Assembly (NCBI RefSeq): GCF_009914755.1
Contig: NC_060935.1
DNA: 64,000 nucleotides
Reading direction: 5' to 3' (one strand)
Source: the human T2T-CHM13v2.0 reference genome, Homo sapiens
In this document: positions 40,230 to 53,720 of the stretch, in pieces
Layout of the letters: each line of letters opens with the position of its first letter
How positions within the stretch are numbered: position 1 is the first letter of the stretch
Made by a program: the position numbers and the translations under genes
Notes under the pieces: generated by a model
Seen by the model: only the letters and a program-made list of their open reading frames with translations
What the model was told of the DNA's origin: nothing
Databases searched by the model: none

Positions 40230-40430
40230 GAAGATCCTGAGCTCTGAAGTCACACAGACTTAGGTTCAATTCCATTCTAATTCTTAGGTGCTTAATCTTG
40301 GCCAAGGAAACCACAGCTTTTTCCCTTGTAAAAGGGGATAATAAGGCATCTTTGTCACAGATCACTAGACAGTGCAAGCAAGGCCCTTCACACGGTACCT
40401 GGTATGTGCATCCAGAGCTTGTGAACACTA
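40230..40430 (+). mobile_element. MIR
   Basis: agacttaggttcaattcc...tgtaaaaggggataata. Confidence 0.65.
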
Positions 40431-40696
40431 GTTATAGTTTCCTGGGTGCACCATGCCTCTGACTTAGCCAAACTATCTGGGTGAAGACCAAATGTCATCT
40501 ATTCGCCCTTGTTAGACGTTAAGGGAGATGCTCTGGAGGTAGACTGGAAACTGACTCTCCAGATCTCATTTGCACCTTCTGCCAAGGTAAATCACATGAG
40601 TGCTTTGAGTGAGAAGGATAACAATATGTTAGTTCATAAATGTCATCCTGTCAGGCCAGGGTGGGCCTGGTTGAGCTACACTCACACCAGGCTGCT

Positions 40697-41062
40697 GTGG
40701 ATGTTGTTGGTACCCCACTCAGATCCCCTTTCTGAGTCAGTCCTCATTCCTCAGTTACAGTAAGTATTGGCTGCTAATGGCTTACAGATGCTGCCTTATC
40801 TGGAGAATCACCCTCCAGGAGCCAATGTCCAAGGGACATATGAATATAAGAGGCTCCTCCCCTTGCCTCGAGGTGGGACAACTCTGTGGTTCAATTCAAT
40901 CTGTGCTGCCAAGTTCCCCATGGGATTAGGCTGAAGTGAGTCTCCAGCTGAGATCTGCTCTGCCCTATCCCTCCTCCCTTACTCCCCTTCTCATTTCTTA
41001 ATCAATCATGTGCACTGAATCCCTGCCTCAGGCTCTGCATCCAGAGACCCATACCCAAGAAA
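40697..41062 (+). mobile_element. LTR16C/E-type ERVL LTR
   Basis: ccactcagatcccc...ttgcctcgaggtgggacaactctgtggt...gcctcaggctctgc. Confidence 0.75.
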
Positions 41063-41594
41063 AAGGCTGCCATGATTCTAGTCTTAGAAATGCCTATTGC
41101 TTCAGAGTCTTGGGAAGAGGAGTTCCCCTTCCCCACCCTTGATTCCTGCTTCCCTAGAGTACCCTGCCTCACCAATCTGCCCCTCCCTGCCACCTTCACC
41201 TCTTCTTAATCTCCTCTCCTCAATCCCCTTCCGCCACCCAAATCCCATAGCAGCAACTCATTTCCCTCCAGGTAACTCCCAAATCCTCATGGCTGCCACA
41301 TTTGCCACCTCCCCTGCTCAGCCTCACTGTCCCAGATGCCTGCTAGGTGTCTGCACATGGCTGTCTGGCACCTGAAAATGCTCTGACTCTAAAATTGAAC
41401 TTCTTTCCCCAAGCCCAGCTCCTCCTCCTGGCCGCCGGCTGCTGTAAACGGCATTCCTCTCTACAGCTCTGCAATCTGCAGACTTGGCTCTGTCCTCAAT
41501 TCCTTCCCTGCTCAGTGCCAACTCTCTCACATCTGTCCTTCTCTCCTCACAGCCTCTTCCCCTCGTTTACCTCATCTGTTCTGAAACCATCTTG

Positions 41595-41775
41595 GCAGAC
41601 ACTTGCTGAGAACTTACTACGTGCAAGGCACTAAGTTCTTCGTGTTTGTGAACTCAATAACTTATCATAATGTCCCTTTGAGAGAGGAATTACTATCCTC
41701 ATCCTCATTTCATAGGTGAGGAAACTGAAGTCTAGGGAGGTGAAATAATTCAACCAAGACCATCTAGCTAAAAGT
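41595..41775 (-). mobile_element. MIR
   Basis: ctcatttcataggtgaggaaactgaag. Confidence 0.8.
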
Positions 41776-41880
41776 GGTTGGTTGTCTTATTCCAGGTTCC
41801 CCAGAAACCAACCTCAAGGAAAGGATTCAAGTGCAAAAAGTATATTTGGGAAGTGATTCCAGGAAACACAGGGAGGTGGG

Positions 41881-42095
41881 TGATATAGTTTGCATCTCTG
41901 TCCCTACCCAAATCTCATGTTCAATTGTAATCCCCAGTGTTAGAGGTGGGGCCTGATGGGAGGTGATTGGATCATGGAGGTGGACCCTTCATGAATGGTT
42001 TAACACCATCCCCTTGGTGCTATTTTAGTGATAGAGTTCTCACGAGATCTGGTTGTTTAAAAATGTGTCCATGGTCCTGCTCCTGCCATGTAAGA
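41881..42095 (+). mobile_element. MSTA LTR, 5' half only
   Basis: tgatatagtttg...catgaatggtttaacaccatccccttggtgct...ctgccatgtaaga, then ends abruptly. Confidence 0.88.
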
Positions 42096-42136
42096 GGATG
42101 AGAACTGGAGCGTAATCCCTCTGAGGAACTCAAAAG

Positions 42137-42223
42137 CAGGGAGCCGGGGTACTGATACTCAGAAATACTCAGAAGCTGAGGTATTGATACTCAGAAATGC
42201 TCAGGGAGCTGGGGTATTGATAC
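42137..42223. repeat. Tandem repeat, 32-33 bp unit, about 2.7 copies
   Basis: cagggagccggggtactgatactcagaaatact / cagaagctgaggtattgatactcagaaatgct / cagggagctggggtattgatac. Confidence 0.85.
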
Positions 42224-43566
42224 ATCAACTCTTGTTAGTGCATAGATGAGAGTTATTCCAAGGGATCTTGAGGCCCTGGCATTCCCAGTGCAGGCAGAAG
42301 GGGCTTTTGCAGCCTGAGAAAGTCCTCAAGAAAAGCAATGCTTATTCTGGGAATTGGGAGTCAGGCTGTTCAATCAAAAGTTAGGGCCAAGGGGGCAGGG
42401 GTAGAGCTGGAACCAATTCCAAGCAGTGTGCATCCAGGGGCCATAGTTTTAACCACATGTTCTGCCAGATCTGACATGATTTTGCCCATCATTGCCAATT
42501 TATTCCCCTGCCCTCACTTTGAGTCACTCCGCTGCTTAAACCACTTCATTGTGGACTGGGCTGAAGCTTTCTGGTTGATCTTTGGTCAAGGTCACCCCAG
42601 AATGACGCTTATCTCCACTACAAGCGTGTCTCTCACTCCACCCCGCAGACACCAGGTCTTACCCTCCCAGAGTCTGTACTTCTGCTCAGGCTATGTCTCT
42701 GCTGGAATGCCCTCTCTCCATCACTCCCCATTGGTCCTGCCCAACCGTAAGGCAGCCTGGTCCACACAGCCTTTCCTGAGCTCCCCAGTTAGTAGCGAGC
42801 CCCTGCACCTCTGTACTCTGTAGCTCCTCCTTGCCCTATCTAAGAACACTCTGGTTTGTGCTACAGCTGAACTTAGAATCCCAAGGGATTTGAGCTCCTG
42901 GGTGCTGCATGCAGCAATGATTCCACCAGCTACCAAAAAATTCCATCATCCCCAGTGTCCCCTACTCTTGGATGCTGGGGAATGAGGAAAGTGCAAGATG
43001 GGAGAATATGGGCAGGTGTGCCTCAGTCTAGGGTCCAGGAGAAACAGCAGCTGTAAGGGGGGTTGGGTGCTGAGGCTGGTGTGGGCTGGGATCAGAGCTG
43101 ATGAAGTGGGAGTTTGGGACTATTGACTTACCTTATCCCACACACAGGACAGCAGCCAAGTGGACTCTGGCTCAGAGGAAAAACTTCCAGGGACCATGCA
43201 TTCAATGGTCTCCATCCACAGCTTTCTAGGTGCCTGTTGCCTTCTCCAAAGCAAAACCCAGCCTCAGCCCAAGTCCTCCAGGATTTGGTCCCTATCCTCC
43301 TCCAGTCTTCCATGCTGTGGCTCCTCTCAGCTCTGCTCCAGCCACAGGGACCATTTGAGTTACCAGAAAGCTCCATCTCCTTGGCTGCCAAAACTTTGCC
43401 GTGGCTGTATCCTTTGCTTAGAAGACCCACTACCTCCCCCATGCTGCTGACGCAACTCCAACAGCAGCCCCAGCAACCACCAAGCTGTTGTTGCAATACC
43501 CCGGTGTGAGTTACATGCCTCTCCCCTAAGTCATTGCAGCCTCGGGCCTGCTTCACACTCATGGCC

Positions 43567-44108
43567 TGTTTTTAAATGCTGGCTTTATTATCAGTCAGGA
43601 ATGGTGAGGCCAACAGATCAGGAGATGACTGCCGCTGATGAAAAAGATGGTTGGCTACTCACACTTCCCAACATGAGTGGGGCATGCCACACCACGCAGG
43701 GCCACATGGGGAAACACCAGGGTTGGTTGGGAAGCAGAGGGAGTGGATGAATGTGGGCAAGAGTCTTTACTGTGGTTCCTGGGAGAAGGAAGGGCAGGGC
43801 GGCACAGGCAGGCTTAGGATTGGTTGTGTTTGAATAATTTCTGCTTAATCTGATGCATGGGGGCTGTCCCTGGTTGTCTAGTACCTGGCCCTGGGGTAAC
43901 AAAGGTGGGTGGATAGTGGCCTAGAGTGTGAGAGCCCATTGAGAGTCTGATAAGGGAGATGGTTGGGGTATGAGCCCTGGGTTTGTTGCTTTGCATAGGC
44001 ACAGGCAAATTGTTTAGTATCTCTGGGAATTGGCCAGCCCTGGGATGGGCACTCTCTACAGGGTCAACAAAGCCTATGTCAAAGCATCAGAAACACGTGG
44101 TTCATACG
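43567..44108 (-). mobile_element. MER74A ERVL solo LTR
   Basis: ggtgaggccaacagatcaggagatgactgcc, ggttgtctagtacctggccctgggg, atgtcaaagcatcaga. Confidence 0.85.
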
Positions 44109-44204
44109 CGGCCCTTACCCCATTTGCAAAACTCTCCAGCCAGATGGTGAGCTGAGTGCAGCAACCAGGCCACAGCTGAGCCCTAGCACTGGCCTGACAA
44201 CGGG

Positions 44205-44580
44205 GAGGTTCTTGGTAAATGTTGGGTAGATGAGAGTCCACTGCAGACCAGGCATGATGCCAAATACTTGGGGACACAGCAGTGGACAGGCAGAACAAGA
44301 TCCCTATTCCTGTGGAGTTTACTTCCAGTGGGCACATCAGACAGCAAACCAGCAGACAAATAAATACACAAGAGAACTTCATTACCAGGAAATACTGTGA
44401 AAGCAACAAACCAAACATATAACAAAGACATCATAGGACCAGGGTAGGATGGAGGGGATGGGACGCTGCTAGAAAGGGTGGTCAGGGCAGCCTCTCTGAG
44501 GATGTGACAAACAGACCAAGACCCAAATATGGAGACATTTCAGCCATGCAAAAATTCCAGGGCAGAGTATTCTAGCAGAT
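44205..44580 (-). mobile_element. L2a fragment
   Basis: ggggacacagcagtggaca...gggtggtcagggcagcctctctgagg. Confidence 0.8.
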
Positions 44581-44689
44581 TAATGTATCGAATGAACGAA
44601 TGAATGAGTGAACAAATTCATCCTTCAGTCTGGATTTCCCACTTCTTTGCTGCTGGCCATAGTGCATTTTGAGGCTTGAATGATATCAG

Positions 44690-44960
44690 TGCAAGAGTTC
44701 CATGTATTAGAATCATTTCCATCATGATGTCTTCTCATTTACGGGAACATTCTGCACGTTGACCCGGGCCCTGCAAGCAGGCACGTGTGGGCCTCAGGGA
44801 AAGACGCCATTCTAATCATCTTTGTTCAGTGACTGCTCTTCCCACTCACACCAGAGCCAGCAATTTTCTTGCCAAACTTGTCCCTTATGAGAATCAAAGG
44901 AGTTAATTTATGGCCCCAACAATAGTGCCTCTTGCACGGGAGGGTGAAGGGAATTCTTGC
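44690..44960. promoter_or_regulatory. Candidate enhancer with adjacent TCF, HOX/CDX and SOX motifs
   Basis: ATCAAAGG 44893, TTAATTTATGGCC 44903, AACAAT 44918, CACGTG 44782; repeat-free. Confidence 0.35.
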
Positions 44961-45714
44961 TCAATACATGAGGTGCTGCCCAGACGTTAGCCACTCAGGC
45001 AAAGCCCAGGCCTCAGATGCTGCAGGTAGAGCCCCAGTTGCAGACCCCACTGGGCTGCCCAGCCCCTCCCTGAGGCTCCTTTGACCACTAGGGCTGGGAG
45101 CTGAGTTGTAAGGAAGCAGCAGCAGCCAGTCCCTTTGGGGCTCTTTGTGAATCCCCAGGGTCTCCTGCAAGAGCCGGGTTGCCTAGCCGAGCCACCAGGA
45201 CCCACTTTTTGAGGCTCTTTGGGGTGTGCAAATGTGGTTGTCGAATGAAAGTCAAAGAAAAGGAGCAGTGTGATTAAGCTGTTAGTTGGCAGGCAAAATA
45301 TAAATAGTTTTAACAGGCCCCCTCTCCAGCGCTGGGTGCGGGAGATGACATCTTGAGATGTTCATCATGCTGGCTTGAAGGGTTGTTTCAGCAGCTGCCT
45401 GGGCTTCCTGCAGGCGGTGGGCCTCCCCACACTGCATCAATCTCAGCCACGTGGTTATTTCCTCCCTCCTGGGAGGCCCTGACTGCCTATCTGGGTTCTG
45501 GAGGGGAACCTAGAACTGCCAGGGTCACAGAGCATTAGGGGAGGGTGGGAAGGGCAGAGAAGAAGGCAACTTCCCCAAGTTTGTAAGGAGTGGACTTGAA
45601 CCCAAGTGTTTCTTGCTTTTAACCACCATGGTATGTTGCTATTGCCACTTTCTTTACATTCATTTATTTATTGATTCATTTTTAAGGTACTTCTTGAGCC
45701 CCACAGGGAGTGGG

Positions 45715-45900
45715 AATAGCACAGATTTTAGAGCCCACACAGCCTGGGTCCAAGTCAGCTCCCCTGCTTCCTAGCTAAGTGTACCAGAGCAAATTCCTGT
45801 GCCTTAGTTCCCTTATAGTAACAAAGGATTACACCTATCCCTTCCAAGTCTTCTCTTAGGATTGGCATAAATACATATGGAACACCTTGTACACAACAAG
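45715..45900 (+). mobile_element. MIR
   Basis: gcctgggtccaagtc...gtgccttagttccctt. Confidence 0.6.
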
Positions 45901-45914
45901 CCCTCCCCTCCGTC

Positions 45915-46920
45915 CAGCACTAGCCTAGGGATTGCAGAGTGCCAGACATGGATGCCACAAAGACTTCCCTTTTGTACATTCAAAGACTGATGGGGGAAGA
46001 CATGCTATACCAGCCTGCTTCTCCTCCAAGGCAAAATGGAGTAGGTGCTACGCAGAAGCATAATAACAGCTGTGGCCAATTATACTGGTGGGGTGAAGGA
46101 GGAGTTTTATTGGAAGATGGGGTCTTTGAGCCCCACTGGTGGGATATAAGAAAGCACATCAAACGGAGAGGACAACAATAGCAAAGGCTTGGAGACTGAT
46201 ATGGTTTGGATCTGTGTCCCCACACAGATCTCAGGTCGAATTGTAATCCCCAGTGTTGGCAGTGGGGCCTGGTAAGAGGTGATTGGATCATGGGGGCAGT
46301 TTCTTATGAATGGTTTAGCACCATTCCTTTGGTGCTGTTCTCGTGATAGTGAGTGAGTTCTCTCAAGATCTGGTTGTTTAAAAGTGTGTAGCACCTCCCC
46401 ACTCTATCTCTTGCTCCTCTGGCCATGTGAAGTACTGCTCCCCCTTCATCTTCCACTATGATTGGAAGCTTCCTGAGGCCTCCCCAGAAGCAAAAACCGC
46501 TATGCTTCCTGTACAGCCTGCAGAGCCATGAGCCAATTAAACCTTTTTTCTTTATAAATTACCCAGTCTTGGGTATTTTTTCTACAGCAGTGGAAGAATA
46601 ATACAGAGACATAATGGCACTTTGGGGATAGTGAGTAAATCAATGTCACTTGGTCAAAAGGACCAAAGGAAGGATTGGCAGGGTCTGGTAAGGTGGGGTT
46701 AAGACCAGACCCTGATTGGCTTTGGTTGTTACACTAAAGAATTTAGCTACGTTGTCTAGGCATAGGGGAGCCATTCATAGTTCTTGAGGAAGGCTGTGGC
46801 ATAATCTACCTGGGGTTTCAGGAAGAGCATTCCAGGGGCAGTGTGGAGGATGAATTCGAGGGGCTGAGAATGGGGCAGAGACCAGCTCAGAGGTTCTGCA
46901 GACCAGCGGAGAGATAAAGG
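45915..46920 (-). mobile_element. L2 fragment interrupted by MSTA
   Basis: gcaaaggcttggag | ...ggcataggggagccatt...ggcagtgtggaggatga. Confidence 0.7.
46197..46605 (+). mobile_element. MSTA MaLR solo LTR
   Basis: tgatatggtttggatctgtgtcccc...taataca; perfect TSD GAGAC (46192-46196 / 46606-46610). Confidence 0.95.
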
Positions 46921-46944
46921 GTAGATAAATCTAGATAAAAATTA

Positions 46945-47125
46945 GATAAACTTATTGAGGACTTACTATGTGTCAACACTTTCCATCTCAGTGTTAGGTG
47001 CCCTTGTTCCCATTTTGCAGATGAGGAAACCAAGGTGCAAAGGGGTTAAATAACTTGCTCAAGGTCACATAGCCAGTGAATCCAATTAGGATTCAGATCC
47101 TGGACTATCTGAATTCAAAACCCTG
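46945..47125 (-). mobile_element. MIR
   Basis: cccattttgcagatgaggaaac...aacttgctcaaggtcacatagc. Confidence 0.85.
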
Positions 47126-48119
47126 AAATTTCCCAGCCCCTGATGTATACAGGCAGAGAAGGCCCAGAAGGGGTGCTGGGAACAAGAGAAGGATCAGCAA
47201 GATTAAGAGATCTGGATGGCATCTTCCTTCCTCAGCGCTCCTGAGCTGAGCATCTTCCATTTGCCCCCTCCATGGCAGCTCTCTCTATCTAGCTCTGTAA
47301 GCTCTGGCAGGTGCTGGCAATGGCTCCCTTCTCTTGCCCTTTCAAGCCTGTGATGGTGATAGCACCCTATTTTTTTCTATGGGACTGTCTCTGGGTCTGG
47401 AGCTGAAAGAGGGCAATTTGGCAGCAGGTGCCAGCTTATGCCACAGCTATCTACAGTCACGAGGGTGGATGAGCTTGCCCAGGGAACATGGTGAGGATGG
47501 TACACAGGGGCTGGGCTTGGGGAATGTCTGACATATAGGAACCACCAGCAGGTGGGGAGGCAACGAGGGGCTGAGGCTGGATGGGACTGAAGCCTCCATT
47601 TCTCATATCCCCACCTGGAAATTGTTACCCACTGACTTCTCTGTCTTTGTCAAAAGGTGAGTGGAGAACAGTAAGAGGAGGTTTGCCGGTCTCCGAAGAC
47701 AGCGCTCAGCTCTCTCGGGAGGTGAACTCACCAGCAGTTCTGTGTTATCCCTCCTGCCTCCTGGGGGTTCTACTGCTGTGAATGCAGCAGCCCTGGCTTT
47801 GTGCTCTCAGGGACATAGGAAGGCACGTGGAACTCTCTCAAGGGTTATCAGGAGAGCCTCATCTGGAAACTGAGTGACTTTCTTTTTGAAAAGCCTCTTC
47901 CATCCCCAGAGCCCTGGTTGGCTGAGAACTCAGGAGCCAGCCCCTAGGATGGATGCTGGTTTATGAACAGCACCTCTCAGGGATCCTCAACTGCCCCCGC
48001 CTGTGGCTTGTCTTGTCTAGCCCCAGCGGCCACCTAGCTGCAGAGAGGACACACCTCAGCAGCAGGGGAGAGAGGGGTGATGGTTCTAATTGCGTATGTT
48101 TAGAATTAAAGAAGGGGAT

Positions 48120-48600
<481 letters not shown>

Positions 48601-49194
48601 TACAAACCATCCTGGAGCATCACACAGCACCACCACTTGCCCTTACCACAGCCCTCACCTGGGAAAAGAATGATTATTTCATGCCAGTCACTGTCCATGT
48701 GCCCACAGCTTGTCCTGATCCAGATTTTACCCACCCTCGTGCTCACCGTGGAAGCAGCTGACTGCCCCACGACAGAGGCTGCCCGAGTGCTAGACAACTG
48801 TTTTTTTCACAGGGAGGAAATTAGATCTGCTTCTCCAAGAAAGGTGTTTTTGTGAGCCGAAATGCCAGCCAGTTGGGTGTGGCACGGGGCTCTGTGTGCT
48901 CCCCAAACTCCAGTCATGTAGAAGAAAGGGAGGAGGAAGGGGCTCAGGGCTTTCAGGGCCTTCAGAAGGGGCCTTCAGAGGGGTAAATGGAGGTGCCAAG
49001 AGGAAGGGGCTTGCCCAGGGCCACACAGTAAAACGACACCCCATCCTTTGACCTCTTAGTGGCCCCTTTTCCCAGAGCAGACTGCTCCTTCACTCAGCAT
49101 TTGAACCTCATGGGGCAAAGGGGGACTGAGCCAGCAGTGGCCAAGATGAGCCTGTCTTTATTTGTAAATTCAATCTGGGGTTTTCCAGCCATGC

Positions 49195-49628
49195 TAGATT
49201 GGATTACGGTTTAGCAAACATTTACTCCCCACCTCTTCCCACTCTGGTCGGGGTACATTCCCTGCACTGTTGAAGATGGGCTTGGCCATGTGCATTGCTT
49301 TGAGCAAGAAATATTAGCTGACAAGACAGGGCAGAGGATTGAGCTGTGTTTGTGTGGATGGACCCACTGATCCCTTGTGCTCCGGTGATAACAGTAAGAG
49401 GTTCCCCTGCATGGCTGTTGCCCTTCAGCTGGGTGGTACAATGAACTTATACAGTGTGAGCCCAACCTGCAGCCTGCAGCAGAGCCGCCCAGCTGAGCCC
49501 AGCGGAGACTAAGAGAATCTGGATCGACCTTCAGGCCCACAGTTGGGAAAACAGGTGCTTGTTGATATAAGCCACTGAGATTTTGGATGGTTTGTTTCTC
49601 ATTTTTGTGGCAATAGCTGACTGATACA
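49195..49628 (+). mobile_element. MLT1I/J-type MaLR LTR
   Basis: gggcttggccatgtg...taagccactgagatttt...gcaatagctgactgataca. Confidence 0.8.
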
Positions 49629-50289
49629 CAGATCTAAAGCTGAAGCAGAGGAAGGGGCCAAGAGCTGGTGTTGGAAAGAAGCAGGCTCTCCATATCCCTC
49701 CCACTGCCACAGCCCTGCAAGGGAAGGATAGATGGAGAAGATGCTGTGGGTGTTCTCAGTTAGCTCTAAGAGGCCACACAAGTGTGGGGAGGGCCCAGTG
49801 CCTCACTGCATGTCTGTAAGGGAGTTATCATCATCTCCATCTGAGGAACTCCAAGAACTGAGGCTCTCCAAGAACTCTCTAAGGTTGCTGAGGTAGAAGA
49901 TGGCAAAGCTGAGACTAGAACTTGGTCTCTTGGCTCCAGTTTCCAATCCGCCAGGTAGCCCAACCCTGAGCCAGTTGAACAGTGAGACCAATGAGGATTG
50001 GAACCATGGCCTGGCCCAGCCACAGGAGCCAGAGAGAGGACAAGGCACAGTGCTGTGGAAGCGTCAGAGCTGTCTCTGCTCCCAAGGAGCTTCCGCCCAG
50101 CTAAGAAGATGAGGTTCACACTGGGAATCTGCAGGATCCCAGGCGATGCCCCCTGTGCCAACCTGGAATAAAGCTTTCACTCATCCCCACTCAGGACAAA
50201 AGGTCTGGCTGGGCTGGCTGGATCATCTTGGGTCATGGGGCCAGGTATGCGACAGCCCCTCTCCCTGGCAGTCAATGTCAGGCAGTGTT

Positions 50290-50520
50290 CCAGGCATGGG
50301 CTCTGGAGTCTGACAGAACAGCATTCAGCAACCCACTCTGCACCTTTCTGGCTGTGTGACCTTGGTCAGGGTGCTGTATGCCTTTGGGCCCTAATTCCAT
50401 CATCGGCACAAGGGGGCTCACTGCCCCAATTCACTGTGGGGGACAATGTGAGATACATGGAACACAGAACGAAGACCCTGGCACAAAACTGGCTCCCGAT
50501 ACCTGGCAGCAGCTGCTGTT
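50290..50520 (+). mobile_element. MIR
   Basis: gggctctggagtctgacaga...ggctgtgtgaccttgg. Confidence 0.7.
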
Positions 50521-51129
50521 TTACTATGATGAGATGACTCAGAATGGCTTCAAATGCGGGTCTCAGTTTGCAGCAGCCAGGGTCTCCACTGGGAGACATC
50601 TGGCTCTTCCAGTATCCATGCTTGGAAAGGAAGTAGGTCAGAAGAGTTTTCCTATCACAATAGAGAGCTGCCCTTCACTTTGTGCCCCCAGATGAGAGCT
50701 TTGAGGGTCCCAGGAAAACAAGGCCCAGATGGCTTCTACTAAAACACCATGGTGAGCGGTTTAAAGATAGGGCTTTGAGCTGTCACTTGGTGGTTCACAG
50801 CCAGGCTTCATGGTCTGAGTAAGATCAGTCCTCAGTGAGGCCAGATATAGCCTGGAGAAGTGCAGGTTGAGTGGCTGGGAATGGAGTGCCCTGCTGGGAC
50901 CTGGAGAAGTTTCCCAGCTCTACTCCCACCTCCCTGCAAGGCACATACACTTTCTTCTTGAGGATGATTCTCCAAGAGAACCTCCCTTGGGAACAGATCT
51001 TTGGAGAGGATGGAAGCCTCCTAAGAAGATGCCTCGTCTTCCGAATCTTCCTTACCTCCCTCCCTCTGAGACTCCCTTAGGGGTCCCACTGCTTACTCTG
51101 CCCTTCCAGTTTCACTGCACACTGGCCTT

Positions 51130-51260
51130 CTCATTCAGTAAGTCATTTTGAAGATATCTATTGAGTCTCTACTGTATGCCACGTTCTGTGCTGGGCCCTA
51201 GGGATGCAGCAAAGAAGACACCGTGGTCGCCTGCCATTATGGAGTTTCCCATCCTAGGAA
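51130..51260 (-). mobile_element. L2 3' fragment
   Basis: tattgagtctctactgtatgcc...tgtgctggg...cctgccattatggagttt. Confidence 0.7.
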
Positions 51261-51407
51261 CAGGCAGGTTTGCTTGAGCCATCACCTGCACTCTCTCCTT
51301 GTCACTCTGTAGTCCAGACCAGGCAAAGCTGAGGCGTCTTGTCAATGTTAAGGTCATAAGGAGTGACCAGGGGTCCTGAAGCTCTGGTCACCATTGTGGG
51401 GTCACAA

Positions 51408-51830
51408 TGTTAGGGAAACAGAGTTAGGCTGGCAAAACAAGGGAAAAGAAAAAAGAAAAAGAAAATAAGCTACACACCTGCCTTTCTTCACAATCCAGGA
51501 CACATAGTCCTCCTGTGCAAATAACTCACAGTCTTCCTGTACCCAACTTACCACCAGACTCTCAGCTGATTAAAAAATGCAAGTTAGCTCACTGCAACCT
51601 TGGCATTATCAATACTACACATAGCCCTCTCCAGCACAAGCACCATCCTATGAACTCCCCAGAAAGCTTTTGTCTCCTTGCAGTCAGCTCCTCTCCTGCT
51701 AATCTACCCGTTGCTTTCTTACATCTTTTCATATCTTCTGTAATAAATCTGCCTTTCTATACCTATGACTGTCTTGATAAATTCCTTTACCACCCATGCC
51801 ACCACCCCCATATAGTTGCTACCCATGACA
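51408..51830 (+). mobile_element. LTR47A ERVL solo LTR
   Basis: tgttagggaaacagagttaggctggc...aaatgcaagttagctcactgcaaccttggc...aataaatctgcctttc...tgaca. Confidence 0.85.
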
Positions 51831-52439
51831 GCCATCAGTCTGCTGTGCAACCTTGCATAAGTCGCTCCCCTGTTCTGGGCCTGGATTTCTTCCTATTTGA
51901 AGGGAGGGATACTGGACCAGATGACCCCTCAGGCCCCTCTTCTTTTGGTGGGTCCAGGAATTGACTCTCACACATGGGTTCACTCCCAGGATGTGATTAT
52001 TCATGCAGCAGATCCTTGCAGAGGTCACTCTGGGCATGAAGCATGGCAGGGAGCCACCATGACCAGGCCTGGCCTTCCTTTCTCCAAGGAGACCCCAATT
52101 TAGGTTTTTTTAAAAACAAGCAATGAGAAAAATCATTTGGGATACCAGCAAACTTAGGCCAAACAATTTTTCGCCTGCTCCATAATTCTCCTTCCTGAAC
52201 AATATTGAGAGATCACCACCTTGGTTTCTGCCTATTTAGCCCTTATCTCCTGGGAAAAGAGCACACAGATCTTAGCATAACAGGCTTCATAGTCACTGTG
52301 TGTCTATTTCACTCCCAAGAGATAAGATAATCATCATTAATTATATGGTGAATAGTTGGGGGTGATTGTTGGCTTCAAGCCCATACAGAAAAGCCGTACC
52401 TCTTCCACTCAGGTTCTCACATTCTGGAAAGGAGAGGCA

Positions 52440-53720
52440 GCTGATGAAGCGAGGTGGCTAAGACCACAGACTTTGAAGCCAAGCTGCCCCTGTTCCAAGT
52501 CTGTTTGAGCTTGGGCAAGTTTCTGCACCTCTCTATGCCTCAGTTTGCTCATCTGTAAATTGGGAATGATTAGAATAGTCCCTACATATCTCAGAGGGTG
52601 ATTGTGAGGATTAAATGAGCTATTGTTGAGTGCCTGGGTCCAACCAATGCCCCAGTAGTGTTTGCTGAATAAACACTAAGTAGGCCCACCCACTGCACGC
52701 CTCCAAGGCAAGGCTCAGGAATCAGACTCAGGAAACCCAATGCCATTGATCTTGTGGCCCATGCTAATCCAGTGACCTGAAAACAGCTAATTTTAATTCG
52801 TAGAGAACTCACTCTATGTCAGACACTCTTCCAAATGTTTTGTGGGTATATGTGTACATTTACCAAGTTAATCCTCACAATAATCCTAGAAGATATGTAA
52901 GCACTACTTTACCACTCCCATTTTATAGAAGGAAAAACTGAAACATGGAGAGGTTGCATAGCTGGTTGTGGGCATCAGATTTTAGTGCTACAGCTGGGCA
53001 GAAAGCAGAGCTGCAGGGGTCTCGAATCCCAGCTCTGTTAGCTCTGAGCAGCTGTGTGATGTAGGATTAGGCATTAACCTCTCTGTTTCTCATTAATTTT
53101 GAAATGGGGAAAACAGCACCTAGCCCACAAGGCCTGAGATAATGTGGGTGGCATGCCCAGCATGGTTTCTGGCATATGATGGGGCTCAGGAAATGGGAAA
53201 AGTTATAAAAAGGAAAAAGGGGGACTGAGCAGATGTCCTAACCCCAGGACAGCCCCACAGAAGCCGGGACCTGGGACCGTCTTTCAACTGCACTGAAGGT
53301 AATTGGAGTGGGGGCCCTCTCTCTTCCCACCCCCACTCAGAGCCCCACAGAATGGTCCTAGGAGTAAGGATGGAGGATGCAGACCTGGGAATCCGCCCAC
53401 CCTGGCTTCCACTTCGGCTCCTCTACTTAACAAGCTACAGGTCCTTGGGCAATCACTCCCATCCGTAGCCTCACTTTTCCCATCTGTGCAAGGGGGCAGC
53501 AACCACCACTTCACAGGTGTGGTGAGGAGCAGATGAGACCATTTAGCTCACATTTATAAAGCCCTTGCCAAGTGTCAGCCACTCTTCTCTAAATGTCACA
53601 CGCATCTAATCTTCCTAACATCCCTGCGGAATAGGTACTGTCATTGTCCCCTTTTACAGAAGGAGAAACTAAGGCTCACTGAGGTCAAGGGAGCGGGGTG
53701 AGGTCACGTAGGGGTAAATA
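52440..53720. mobile_element. Cluster of five MIR copies in alternating orientation
   Basis: MIR cores near 52530 (+), 52920 (-), 53080 (+), 53470 (+) and 53660 (-). Confidence 0.75.

Larger units (their letters stand above)
41783..42400 (-). mobile_element. LTR33-type ERVL LTR interrupted by a truncated MSTA
   Basis: tgtctt...ggttccccagaa...aggattcaagtgcaa...tttgggaagtgat; resumes at aactggagc...gagctggggtatt. Confidence 0.7.

Noticed and set aside
42137-42223. 33-bp repeats as a possible CRISPR-like array
   Set aside because: Units are adjacent with no unique spacers, lie inside an LTR, and the DNA is human.
48020-48045. CTCF-like motifs here and near 53510 and 61055
   Set aside because: Only partial matches to the core consensus; not distinguishable from chance without a PWM scan.
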